NCBI GenBank assembly: GCA_963843365.1 | Contig: CAWJKG010000006.1 | Coordinates: 245,964 to 309,963, forward strand | Direction of reading: 5' to 3' | Source of the DNA: an uncultured Acidimicrobiaceae bacterium | GTDB lineage: Bacteria > Actinomycetota > Acidimicrobiia > Acidimicrobiales > RAAP-2 | Length of the DNA: 64,000 bases | Shown here: positions 1 through 8,185 of the stretch, one piece after another | How positions within the stretch are numbered: position 1 is the first letter of the stretch | Layout: every line of letters starts with the position of its first letter | Program-made: the position numbers and the translations under genes | Notes under the pieces: generated by a model | Database searches by the model: none | Seen by the model: the letters and a program-made list of their open reading frames with translations, nothing else | Told to the model about the DNA's origin: nothing

Positions 1-671
1 CCGGCCTGGCCGTCCTCGCCGTTGCCACCGTCGGCGTGACGATCGCCCTGGTCCCGGGCTATGCCGGCCTGCGCCCGTGGATCGTCGGCTCGGCCGTCCT
101 CGTCGGAATCCTGGCGGTCGTGGTGCTCGTCGGCTCCCTCCGCCAGGCCTCGCGCTGGTCGCTCGCCATAGGACCTGCGCTGGCCGCGCTCGCCATCCTG
201 CTCGGGTCTTTCTGGGCTTCGGGGCTGGTCGTGGAGGCAGAGCTGAGTCCCTTCGACTCGCCGTATGCGCCGGCGTCGGTCAACCACTACACGCTCGTCA
301 GCACCACGAAATTCCCAGTGGACGAACGGCGCAACACCGCACGCGCCAGCACGGTGCCCGCCGGGCGCGCGGTCAACGTCCTTGAGACGTCGGAGGAAGC
401 GTCGTACTACATCCTCACCACCGGACGTGAGTTCCTGCCCGTGGGCGGGTTCACCGGGAAATCGCCGAGCCCGAGCCTGCCCACCTTCGAGCATCTCGTG
501 GCCGCGCAGCGGGTGCGCACCGTGACCGTTGTCACCAAGCCTCTCACCAACGAGCCCGTCCTGCGTTGGGTCGTCCGACACTGCGAGGATTCTGGTGTGT
601 CGCATTACGATACAACTTCGCAGTCGACGTCCACCGTGTTCGAGTGCAAGCCGGCTGACCTCTCGGACTGA
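1..671 (+). CDS. membrane protein, 3' part only (the 5' end lies outside the window); the tail resembles the C-terminal domain of YkcB/ArnT-type (GT39-like) glycosyltransferases
   Basis: The frame is open from the window edge. There are two TM-like stretches (WIVGSAVLVGILAVVVLVG, LAIGPALAALAILLGSFWASGLVV). A soluble tail follows containing GGFTGKSPSPSLPTFEHLVAAQRV. GC3 is high. The family call rests on motif memory only. Confidence 0.5.
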   Translation, partial: GLAVLAVATVGVTIALVPGYAGLRPWIVGSAVLVGILAVVVLVGSLRQASRWSLAIGPALAALAILLGSFWASGLVVEAELSPFDSPYAPASVNHYTLVSTTKFPVDERRNTARASTVPAGRAVNVLETSEEASYYILTTGREFLPVGGFTGKSPSPSLPTFEHLVAAQRVRTVTVVTKPLTNEPVLRWVVRHCEDSGVSHYDTTSQSTSTVFECKPADLSD

Positions 672-703
672 GCACCCGGCGGGCCTGTCCTAGGCTCGTC
701 GCC

Positions 704-1087
704 GTGGCGAAGCCCGACTGGGTCCAACGGGTGCAGCGGGTCGAGAAGCCCTGGGGCTACGAGATCCACTTCGCCCTGGTCGATGGCAAGTATTGCGGCA
801 AGGTCCTGCACATCGACGAGGGCCAAGCGCTCTCGCTGCAATATCACGAGCGCAAGGAGGAGACCATCTCCGTCCAGTCGGGCCGGCTGCTCTTCGAGGT
901 GGGCACAGCGGGCGCCGGCGAGCTCGAGTCGTTCGAGCTGCTCCCGGGCGAGTCGGTGCACATCCGGCCGGGCACGCGGCACCGCATGACCGCACTGGTC
1001 GACACCGACGTGCTCGAAGCGAGCACCACCGAGCTCGACGACGTCGTCCGGCTCAATGACCGCTACGGCCGCGCCGCTGACGCGTAG
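704..1087 (+). CDS. cupin-domain protein (mannose-6-phosphate isomerase type II C-terminal-like)
   Basis: GTG start. Cupin motifs are present: KPWGYE..., GKVLHIDEGQALSLQYHERKEE and VHIRPGTRHRM. 127 aa. Confidence 0.7.
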   Translation: MAKPDWVQRVQRVEKPWGYEIHFALVDGKYCGKVLHIDEGQALSLQYHERKEETISVQSGRLLFEVGTAGAGELESFELLPGESVHIRPGTRHRMTALVDTDVLEASTTELDDVVRLNDRYGRAADA

Positions 1088-1142
1088 CTCCCCCGAGGGG
1101 GCAGGCTGCCGGCGTGCCGGCGGCGCCGGCCGAACCATCCCG

Positions 1143-1577
1143 TCAGGTGGCGCGTCGGAAGTCGAGGAACTGCGTCACCCGCATGAGCCGCATGATGCCG
1201 CGGGCGATCGCCGGCACGTGCTGGCGATGCGGGTCGGTCACCACCTCCGGCTCCGACAACTCGTACTCCCTGCCCCGGGTCAGGAGGCGCACGGCGCCGT
1301 GGGCCAGCGCGTTGCGCACCCACTCCGCGTCGGGCCCGTAGGTCAGGGCGAAGCGGAACCCGTCTTTGGTGCGGAAGACGTTGACGGGGGTGCGGTAGAC
1401 GGTCCGCGTCTTCCGCCCGACGTGGGTCACGATGCCGAACCCCGGCGCCCAACCCGCCACGTGGATGGCCACCTTGTTCGTCACGGCCCGGTTGAAGCGG
1501 GCCACGCGCCGGCCCAGCCGGGGCGGGCGCGGCGTCACGTGGGCGCTCGACCGGCGCTGCCCGGAATGCGTCGTCAT
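1143..1577 (-). CDS. nitroreductase-family deazaflavin (F420)-dependent oxidoreductase (DUF385 type)
   Basis: 144 aa. Motifs: RFNRAVTNKV...GFGIVTHVGRKTRTVYRTPVNVF...ALTYGPDAEWVRNA. Its ATG overlaps the stop of the upstream SDR as ATGA at 1574-1577. Confidence 0.75.
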   Translation of the reverse strand: MTTHSGQRRSSAHVTPRPPRLGRRVARFNRAVTNKVAIHVAGWAPGFGIVTHVGRKTRTVYRTPVNVFRTKDGFRFALTYGPDAEWVRNALAHGAVRLLTRGREYELSEPEVVTDPHRQHVPAIARGIMRLMRVTQFLDFRRAT

Positions 1578-2342
1578 ACGAGTGTCAACCCCCCGTCGAC
1601 GGCCAGGACCTGGCCCGTGACGTAGCTGGCCTCGTCCGACAGGAGGAAGACGGCCACGGCCGCCACCTCCCAGGCCGTGCCCTGCCGGCCCAGCGGGACC
1701 GGCGAGCGGGTGCGCGAGGGCCGCCCGGCGGAAGCAGCCCGGCCCAGCGGGGTGTCGATCAGCCCGGGCGCCAGCACGTTGGCCCGGATGCCCCGGCGGG
1801 CCCCCTCGACGGCGACGTGGCGGCTGAGACCGATGAGCCCGGCCTTGGACGCGTCGTAGGCGGGAATGCGGCTCCCGGGGCGCAGCCCCGCCACGGAGCC
1901 CACGAAGACGATGGAGGCGTTGTCGGACAGACGCGACCAGCGCGCGCCGCACCAGCAGGAAGTGGGCCCGCAGGTTGAGGGCGAAAGTCTTGTCCCAGTC
2001 GTCGATCGACGTGCCCGCCACGCCCATGCCGAACCCCGTGCCGACGTTCAGCACGAGGCCGTCGGGCGCCAGACCCGGTTCGTCGGAGACGGCCAGGCGG
2101 CACCCCTCTTCGGTGGTGACGTCCGCCACCACGATCGCCGCCTTGCCCCCCTCCTCCGAGATCAGTCGCCACGTCTCCTCCACCGCGGCCTCGTCGCGGT
2201 CCACGCAGATGACCGACGCGCCCTCCCGGGCCGCCCGCACGGCGATGGCGCGGCCGTTGCCGACGGGCGCATCGGGATCACGCGACGGCTGCGTCCCGGC
2301 GCCGATCACCGTGACCCTGCGTCCCGCCAGAAGTGCGGTCAT
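1574..2342 (-). pseudogene. short-chain dehydrogenase/reductase interrupted by one frameshift (about 1925-1935)
   Basis: The N-terminal part (MTALLAGRRVTVIGAGT...NLRAHFLLVRRAL) lies in the frame of ORF 1143..2432. The C-terminal part (SDNASIVFVGSVAGLRPGSRIPAYDASKAGLIGL...YVTGQVLAVDGGLTLV) lies in the frame of ORF 1574..1903. The two halves join only after removing one nt near GTCGCGTCTGTCCGAC. Confidence 0.7.
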
Positions 2343-2370
2343 CCCGACACCCGATCCCGGTCGCGCCGCG

Positions 2371-2964
2371 TCACTGTGCCGGGCCCCCCGGCACCCGGGC
2401 GGCCTCCGCCTCGGCTCGCGGCTCGAGCGCAATGCGCAACGACCGCAGCACCGTGGTGAGCATGAGGTAATGCCCGATCAGCATGAGCAATTCGATGAGC
2501 TCGCTCTCGCGCAGGTCGTCCTGCAGCGAGTCCCAGGTGGCGTCCGACACCGCCCCGTCGTCAGCCGTCTCGTCCACGGCACGCAGGACGGCCCGTTCGA
2601 GCGGGGGCCAGGCGATTGCGTCCAGGGCGCCATCGGCCGAGTCGCTCAGCGCGGCCAACTCAGCCGGCGTCACGCCCTGCGCCTCCGCCAGCGCCAGGTG
2701 CTGCGCCCACTCGTAACGGCCGCCGAAGCGGGCCGCCGTACGCACGATCACCAGCTCGCGCACCCGGCCGGAGAGGCTCCCGTCGAGCAGGGCACCGCCG
2801 AAGCCCAGCCAGCGCCGGAACAGATCGGGCTCCGCCCGTCCGAGCGTGGTGAAGATGTGCATGGGCTCGTCGGTGCCGCCGGGCGAAGCCTGCAGCAGCC
2901 GGGTCAGGACGTCGTCCCACTCGCCCGGAGCCAGCGGCGGGAGGCGGGGACCGGTGGTGACCAT
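2371..2964 (-). CDS. carboxymuconolactone decarboxylase (CMD/AhpD-like) family protein
   Basis: Start at MVTTGPRLPP (ATG 2962-2964). CMD-like core: ELVIVRTAARFGGRYEWAQHLALAEAQGVTPAE. It is the last gene of the XRE / ClpP-like operon. Confidence 0.65.
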   Translation of the reverse strand: MVTTGPRLPPLAPGEWDDVLTRLLQASPGGTDEPMHIFTTLGRAEPDLFRRWLGFGGALLDGSLSGRVRELVIVRTAARFGGRYEWAQHLALAEAQGVTPAELAALSDSADGALDAIAWPPLERAVLRAVDETADDGAVSDATWDSLQDDLRESELIELLMLIGHYLMLTTVLRSLRIALEPRAEAEAARVPGGPAQ

Positions 2965-3013
2965 GGCCGCATCGTAGGCACGCAGCACCCGCCGGGTCTC
3001 GTGCCCGTAGGCC

Positions 3014-3682
3014 TCAACGCGGCGGCCGGAATCCCATGGGAGGCGGTTCGGATACCCGCAGCGGGCGTACCGGTGCGTCGGGCCGGACCACCTCGTCGAG
3101 GATCCCGTACTCGACCGCGTCCTCCGCCCCCAGGAAGCACCCCCGCTCCAAGTCCTGTTGCACCGCAGCGGCCGGCCGGCCGGTGGCGGCGCCCACACGA
3201 CTGCAGAAGCGCTCCCGCTCCGCCGCGCGCAGCTCCGCCCATTGCGTCACGTTGCGGACGTGCGCCTGGAACTGGGTTGCCGGCTCGCTCAGGACGAAGC
3301 GCGTGCTCGGGAGGGCGGAACGGTGGCTGCAGACGGCCACCACACCGACGGCGCCGCCACCGACCTGCCCGAGGCAGAGCGCACGCACGGGGACCCCCAG
3401 CAACTCGATCACATCCATGAGCGTCAGCGACGGTGCCAGCGCGGCCTCGCCGCAGTCGACCCGCAGTGTCACCGCGTCGTCGCCCTCGGCGTCCAGCGTC
3501 ATCAGCTCGGCCGCCACTCTCGTCACCGAGAGGTCGTCGAGCGGTCCGTGCAGGACGACGACCCGCTGTGCCAGCAGGCGGCGCGCCAGCATGTCGGACA
3601 ACTGCTCAGCGCCGGCCGCCGGCCCGCCCGGCCCGGCCGGCCCGGCCGGACCCGGCAGCCACGGTTCGTCGTGGTCAGCCAT
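3014..3682 (-). CDS. ClpP-fold protein lacking the Ser-His-Asp triad (ClpR-like pseudo-protease)
   Basis: It aligns by eye with the adjacent ClpP. GMGMSAAAM aligns with GQVGGGAVG (Ser to Gly109). IMIHQG aligns with FVLSEP (His to Ser132). DIDRDYYM aligns with DLERGCFL (Asp to Gly181). The ClpP C-terminal signature AEDAVEYGILDEV is retained. The N-terminus is Pro/Gly/Ala-rich. The ATG overlaps the XRE stop by 8 nt. Confidence 0.7.
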   Translation of the reverse strand: MADHDEPWLPGPAGPAGPGGPAAGAEQLSDMLARRLLAQRVVVLHGPLDDLSVTRVAAELMTLDAEGDDAVTLRVDCGEAALAPSLTLMDVIELLGVPVRALCLGQVGGGAVGVVAVCSHRSALPSTRFVLSEPATQFQAHVRNVTQWAELRAAERERFCSRVGAATGRPAAAVQQDLERGCFLGAEDAVEYGILDEVVRPDAPVRPLRVSEPPPMGFRPPR

Positions 3683-3932
3683 GCTCGATCCTCCATTCCA
3701 GGCGTGCCCCCAGCGCCGTCGTGTAGCGCTCCACCGTCGACAGTCGCACGTCGAGATCGCCCGCCTCGAAGCGCGCCACCGCCGACTGCGAAGTCCCCAT
3801 GCGGGCTGCCACCTCGGCCTGGGACAGCCCGAGCTCCCGGCGCAGGGTCATGAGCTGTCCGGAGACCGAGTGCCGGCGCTCCGCCATCTCGCGGAAGCCC
3901 GGAAAGACGGGGGGATGGCGGCGCTCACTCAT
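3675..3932 (-). CDS. XRE-family helix-turn-helix transcriptional regulator
   Basis: 85 aa. HTH core: LRRELGLSQAEVAARMGTSQSAVARFEAGDLDVRLSTVERYTTALG. It is the first gene of the operon with the ClpP-like protein. Confidence 0.8.
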   Translation of the reverse strand: MSERRHPPVFPGFREMAERRHSVSGQLMTLRRELGLSQAEVAARMGTSQSAVARFEAGDLDVRLSTVERYTTALGARLEWRIEHG

Positions 3933-3941
3933 GGCGGACCA

Positions 3942-3961
3942 TTATCTCATATCTGATATAA
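3942..3961. promoter_or_regulatory. AT-rich imperfect palindrome in the divergent XRE/clpP promoter region (candidate operator)
   Basis: Sequence TTATCTCATATCTGATATAA, with a perfect core ATATC-T-GATAT at 3949-3959. It sits in the 85-nt gap between the XRE start (3932) and the clpP start (4018). It stands out against a background of about 68% GC. Confidence 0.4.
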
Positions 3962-4017
3962 CGGGGAAAGCACCGAGGACGCCCGAGGGCCGAGCTCGAC
4001 ACGAGAGGAAGGACACC

Positions 4018-4686
4018 ATGACCACGACCAGCAGCCGAGACCGCCTGCAGCAGGTCCTCATCCCGACCGTGATCGAGGAGGGGAACCGGGGGGACCGCGC
4101 GTTCGACATCTACAGCCAGCTGCTGCGGGAACGCATCGTGTTCCTGGGCCAGGAAGTGGACGACCAGGTGGCGAACCTGATCATCTCCCAGATGCTGTTC
4201 CTCGAGGCGCAGAACAGCGAGCGTGACATCCACCTGTACATCAACTCCCCCGGCGGTGTGGCCTACGCCGGCATGGCGATCTACGACGTCATGCAACACG
4301 TGGAGCCGGACGTGTCGACCATCTGCGTCGGCATGGGCATGTCCGCCGCCGCCATGATCCTGTCGGGCGGGGCGCCCGGGAAGCGCTACGCGCTGCCGAA
4401 CGCGCGCATCATGATCCACCAAGGCTCGGCGGGGACCCGCGGCGCGCCGTCGGACATGGAGATCCAGCTGCGCGAGGTCATGTCGCTGACGCGCCGGATG
4501 TCCGAGATCATCGCCCACCACAGCGGGCAACCCCTGGAGCAGGTGGCGCGTGACATCGACCGCGACTACTACATGACCGCCGCCGAGGCCAGGGACTACG
4601 GGATCGTCGACGACATCATCCTCCCCCGCCGCGGCCTGTGCGCCCCCGACGCCCACGAATCCGAACTCCAGGTTGCCAGCGCGTGA
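4018..4686 (+). CDS. clpP: ATP-dependent Clp protease proteolytic subunit
   Basis: Start MTTTSSRDRL, preceded by GAGAGGAAGGA. Canonical motifs: LLRERIVFLG, YINSPGG, GMGMSAAA (Ser), IMIHQ (His), DRDYYMTAAEARDYGIVDDI (Asp). Confidence 0.9.
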   Translation: MTTTSSRDRLQQVLIPTVIEEGNRGDRAFDIYSQLLRERIVFLGQEVDDQVANLIISQMLFLEAQNSERDIHLYINSPGGVAYAGMAIYDVMQHVEPDVSTICVGMGMSAAAMILSGGAPGKRYALPNARIMIHQGSAGTRGAPSDMEIQLREVMSLTRRMSEIIAHHSGQPLEQVARDIDRDYYMTAAEARDYGIVDDIILPRRGLCAPDAHESELQVASA

Positions 4687-4790
4687 ACAAAGCCTGACAA
4701 GCCGCAGGGAAGCGTCGCCACCTCCGTTTCCCGAGTACCCGATGGGGAAATGGAGGCCGTCACCGCAGGGGGACGGCAGGAGGAGGAGTC

Positions 4791-6410
4791 GTGACGGACA
4801 CGCAACACGACAAGGCGAAACGCACGCGCACGTCCGGGCCGCCGCAGCGGGTCAGCCGGCGCACGCTGTTGAAGGGCGGGCTGGCCCTCGGCGCCGCCGG
4901 GACGGCCGGGCTGGCGGGGCTCTCCTCGTCGGCGGGCGCGTCGATCGACCGCGCGCTCGCCCTCGCTCCGTCGACACTGCCGACGCTCAGCGACATCCGG
5001 CACGTCGTCTTCCTCATGCAGGAGAACCGCTCGTTCGACCACTACTTCGGCACACTGTCGGGGGTGCGCGGGTTCTCCGACCCCCGGGTCCTGACGAACC
5101 GGGTCGGCCGCACGCGCGTCCCGGTGTGGGACCAGTACGGCTACCAACCGGGGGTCGGGGTCGACCCGACGGGCTACCTGCAGCCGTTCGACCTGCAGCA
5201 GCAGTTCCCGACCGACAACGGCGACTGCACCAACGACATCTCGCACGAGTGGACCACCCAGCACCAGTGTTGGCACGGCGGGAAGATGGACGCCTTCGTG
5301 CAGGCGCATCTGGCCGCCGACGGCGCCGAGAACTTCGTCGCCACCATGGGCTACTTCAACCGGTCCGAGCTTCCGTTCTATTACGCGCTGGCCGACGCCT
5401 TCACCATCTGCGACGCCTACCACTGCTCGGTCCTCGGGCCGACCGACCCCAATCGCGTCATGGCGCTGTCGGGCACCATCGACCCCGACGGCACGGGAGG
5501 CGGCCCGGTCCTCGTGACGCAGACCAGCGGCCGGCCACAGCAGTACGGGGCCTTCGACTGGACCACCATGCCCGAGCAGCTGCTCGATGCCGGCGTGACC
5601 TGGAAGGTCTACAACGACCCCACCGGCCTCGCCCTCTTCAGCCCGTTGCCCTACTTCAAGGCCTACAACGATCCGAGCACGACGCGCGGCCTGGCGCTGC
5701 AACGGCAGGCAATCGACCCGAACTATCCGGCGGACTTCGTCGCCGACGTGGCGGCGGGGACGCTGCCGCAAGTGAGCTGGATCCACGGGCCCGTCACCCA
5801 GTGCGAGCACCCCGCCACCGCGCCGCAGTGGGGCGAGAACCTCGTCCAGAACGTGCTCGACACGCTCACCTCGAACCCCGACATCTGGGCTCACACGCTG
5901 TTCATCCTCCATTACGACGAGAACGGCGGCTTCTTCGACCACGTCCCGCCGCCGGTGCCGCCGGCCGGGACGCCGGGCGAGTACCTCACCATGAGCCCGC
6001 TCCCCTCCGCCGCGGGCGGCGACGCCGGCCCGGTGGGACTCGGCTTCCGCGTGCCCTGCGTCCTCATGTCGCCCTACACGATGGGCGGCTACACCGCGAC
6101 CGAGGTGTTCGACCACACGTCGACGCTCTTCCTCCTGGAGAAGATCTTCGGCGTCCCCGTGCCGAACGTGTCCGAGTGGCGGCGCGGCACGGTCGGCGAC
6201 ATGACGAGCGCGCTCGCGCTCGGCAAGCCGGCGCAGCCGGTGCCGCCCGTGTTGCCCGACGCGTCGCTCGTGGTGCCCGTGGTCGACGAGGAGGTCGTCG
6301 TGAACGCGCTGACCGGCACCTTCGACGAAGGCGTCAGCTACGCGCCGCCGACGGCGAACTCCATGCCCGTCCAGGAGACGACGCCGGCACGCCCCGCACC
6401 TCCGCACTAG
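4791..6410 (+). CDS. phosphoesterase-family protein (phospholipase C / acid phosphatase AcpA type) with a Tat signal
   Basis: GTG start after AGGAGGAGGAG. Twin-arginine motif SRRTLLKGGLALGAAG. Phosphoesterase motifs IRHVVFLMQENRSFDHYFGTL and ILHYDENGGFFDHVPPP. Confidence 0.8.
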   Translation: MTDTQHDKAKRTRTSGPPQRVSRRTLLKGGLALGAAGTAGLAGLSSSAGASIDRALALAPSTLPTLSDIRHVVFLMQENRSFDHYFGTLSGVRGFSDPRVLTNRVGRTRVPVWDQYGYQPGVGVDPTGYLQPFDLQQQFPTDNGDCTNDISHEWTTQHQCWHGGKMDAFVQAHLAADGAENFVATMGYFNRSELPFYYALADAFTICDAYHCSVLGPTDPNRVMALSGTIDPDGTGGGPVLVTQTSGRPQQYGAFDWTTMPEQLLDAGVTWKVYNDPTGLALFSPLPYFKAYNDPSTTRGLALQRQAIDPNYPADFVADVAAGTLPQVSWIHGPVTQCEHPATAPQWGENLVQNVLDTLTSNPDIWAHTLFILHYDENGGFFDHVPPPVPPAGTPGEYLTMSPLPSAAGGDAGPVGLGFRVPCVLMSPYTMGGYTATEVFDHTSTLFLLEKIFGVPVPNVSEWRRGTVGDMTSALALGKPAQPVPPVLPDASLVVPVVDEEVVVNALTGTFDEGVSYAPPTANSMPVQETTPARPAPPH

Positions 6411-6696
6411 CCAGTGGGTGACCGCCGCACCCTCAGCCGCCGATCCGTCCTGCGGGCCGACCGTCGCGGCCTCATTGATGGGCCTCCTCGACCCATGGCG
6501 TTCGCCGAGCCGCCCAACCTGGCGGCCCCGGCCAACCCCACTGTCCGGCCTGATCCAGGACCAAGGGCAGCCGGTGCCGCCCTCCCCCGCCTCCATCACC
6601 CCCGCCTGATCGTCGCGCTACTGAACGAGCGCTGAGCCGGCCATGGCGGCACGCTGCCGTCTCGCACCGTGGGTGGCGCAGGCGGCGTAAGGTAGG

Positions 6697-6710
6697 TGAC
6701 ACTGGTGTCA
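6697..6710. promoter_or_regulatory. TGAC-N6-GTCA palindrome (site A), candidate TetR-type operator
   Basis: TGACACTGGTGTCA, 50 nt upstream of the amidohydrolase start. It has one mismatch to the ideal TGACACCGGTGTCA. Confidence 0.45.
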
Positions 6711-6759
6711 GGAAAGCCGCGGGCTCACATTGCCAGGCGGCAGAGAAGGGGAGGACGAA

Positions 6760-8052
6760 ATGCGCACTGAGGACATGATCCTGGTCAGTGTCGACGACCA
6801 CGTCATTGAGCCTCGGGGGATGTTCGACGGGCTCCTGCCGGCCAAGTACCAGGACAAAGCCCCGAAGCTGGAGCGCCGCAAGGACGGCACGGACGCCTGG
6901 CACTACGACGGCAACGTCATCCCCAACGTCGGCCTCAACGCCGTCGTCGGCCGCCCGCCCGAGGAGTACGGCATTGAGCCGACCTCCCTCGACGACATGC
7001 GCGTCGGTTGCTACGACGTCCACGAGCGCGTGCGTGACATGTCGGTCAACGGCGTGCTCGGCTCCATGTGCTTCCCGTCCTTCCCCCAGTTCTGCGGCCA
7101 GCTCTTCGCCCGGCGCGAGGACAAGGACGAGGCCCGGGCGATGGTACGGGCCTACAACGACTGGCACATCGACAACTGGTGCGGCGCGGAGCCGGGGCGC
7201 TTCATTCCCCTTTCCATCCCGGTCATCTGGGACCCCGAGCTGGGCGCCGAGGAGATCCGCCGGGTGGCCAAGAAGGGCTGCCACGCCGTCACCTTCTCCG
7301 AGAACCCCGAGAAGCTGGGCTGGCCCTCGCTCCACAGCGACCACTGGGACCCCTTCTGGGCCGCCTGCGCCGACGAGGGCACGGTCGTGTGCATGCACCT
7401 GGGCTCCTCCTCCCAGATTTTGATGACCTCGGCCGATGCGCCGATCGACGTCATGATCAGCCTGCAGCCGATCAACATGGTGCAGGCGGCGGCCGACCTC
7501 GTCTGGTCGCCCATTTTGCGCAAGTACAAGGACCTCCGGTTCGCCCTCTCCGAAGGCGGCATCGGCTGGATCCCCTACGCGCTGGAGCGGATCGACTACG
7601 TCTACGAGCACCACCGCAAGTGGACCGGGCAGGACTTCGGCGACCAGCTGCCGAGCCAGGTCTTCAAAGACCGCGTCATCACCTGCTTCATCGACGACGC
7701 CTTCGGCGTGCAGAGCCGCCAGTACATGAACATCGACAACATCACGTGGGAGTGCGACTACCCCCACTCGGATTCCACGTGGCCGCAGTCGCCCGAGGCG
7801 CTCATGAAGTATCTCGACGGTGTCTCTGACGAGGAGATCGACAAGATCACCCACCTCAACGCCATGAAGCACTTCCGGTTCGACCCCTTCAGCGTGCGGC
7901 CCCGCGAGAAGTGCACCGTGGCGGCGCTGCGGGCCGAGGCCTCGGACGTCGACACCGCGCTGGTGTCGCGGGCCCGCGGGCACACGTCGGTCAACGAGAA
8001 GGGCATCGTCAGCGTCAGTAGCTTCAGCACGCGCCTGGCCAAAGAGGACTGA
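6760..8052 (+). CDS. amidohydrolase-family (amidohydrolase_2 / ACMSD-like) metal-dependent hydrolase
   Basis: Start MRTEDMILVSVDDHV after GAAGGGGAGG. Motifs: SVDDHVIEP, NDWHIDNW, CMHLGSS, ECDYPHSDS. Confidence 0.75.
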   Translation: MRTEDMILVSVDDHVIEPRGMFDGLLPAKYQDKAPKLERRKDGTDAWHYDGNVIPNVGLNAVVGRPPEEYGIEPTSLDDMRVGCYDVHERVRDMSVNGVLGSMCFPSFPQFCGQLFARREDKDEARAMVRAYNDWHIDNWCGAEPGRFIPLSIPVIWDPELGAEEIRRVAKKGCHAVTFSENPEKLGWPSLHSDHWDPFWAACADEGTVVCMHLGSSSQILMTSADAPIDVMISLQPINMVQAAADLVWSPILRKYKDLRFALSEGGIGWIPYALERIDYVYEHHRKWTGQDFGDQLPSQVFKDRVITCFIDDAFGVQSRQYMNIDNITWECDYPHSDSTWPQSPEALMKYLDGVSDEEIDKITHLNAMKHFRFDPFSVRPREKCTVAALRAEASDVDTALVSRARGHTSVNEKGIVSVSSFSTRLAKED

Positions 8053-8185
8053 AGCGGGCGCAGGCGCGGGTTCGAGGCATCGGGCCCGACGAGAGCCAGA
8101 CCGTCCGACGACCCATCCATTCAGTACCACACGCTGACGGCACCGGCGCCGAGCCGGGCCGTCCCGACCACCGGAGCACGGACCC

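Noticed and set aside
3014-3682. The ClpP-like gene as a phage prohead (ClpP-family) protease marking a prophage.
   Set aside because: There are no capsid, portal, terminase or integrase genes nearby. The neighbours are chromosomal metabolic genes, and the catalytic residues are absent.
3799-4017. A 73-codon N-terminal extension of clpP in the ORF track (start 3799).
   Set aside because: The extension overlaps the XRE gene on the other strand and has no ClpP homology. ATG 4018 has a GAGAGGAAGGA ribosome-binding site and gives a normal ClpP N-terminus.
4693-4710. CCTGACAAGCCGCAGGG upstream of the phospholipase gene as a sixth TGAC-N6-GTCA site.
   Set aside because: Only the left half-site is present. 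The right half reads CAGG instead of GTCA.
4596-6599. 667-aa ORF antisense to the phospholipase C-type gene.
   Set aside because: It is Arg/Gly/Ala/Pro/Val-rich with no family motif. It is exactly antisense to a gene with clear phosphoesterase motifs and a Tat signal. This is a typical stop-free shadow frame in high-GC DNA.
6414-6635. Two overlapping 63-73-aa ORFs in the long intergenic gap as small proteins.
   Set aside because: They are Pro/Arg/Ala-rich, have no RBS, and show no frame-specific GC3 signal by eye.
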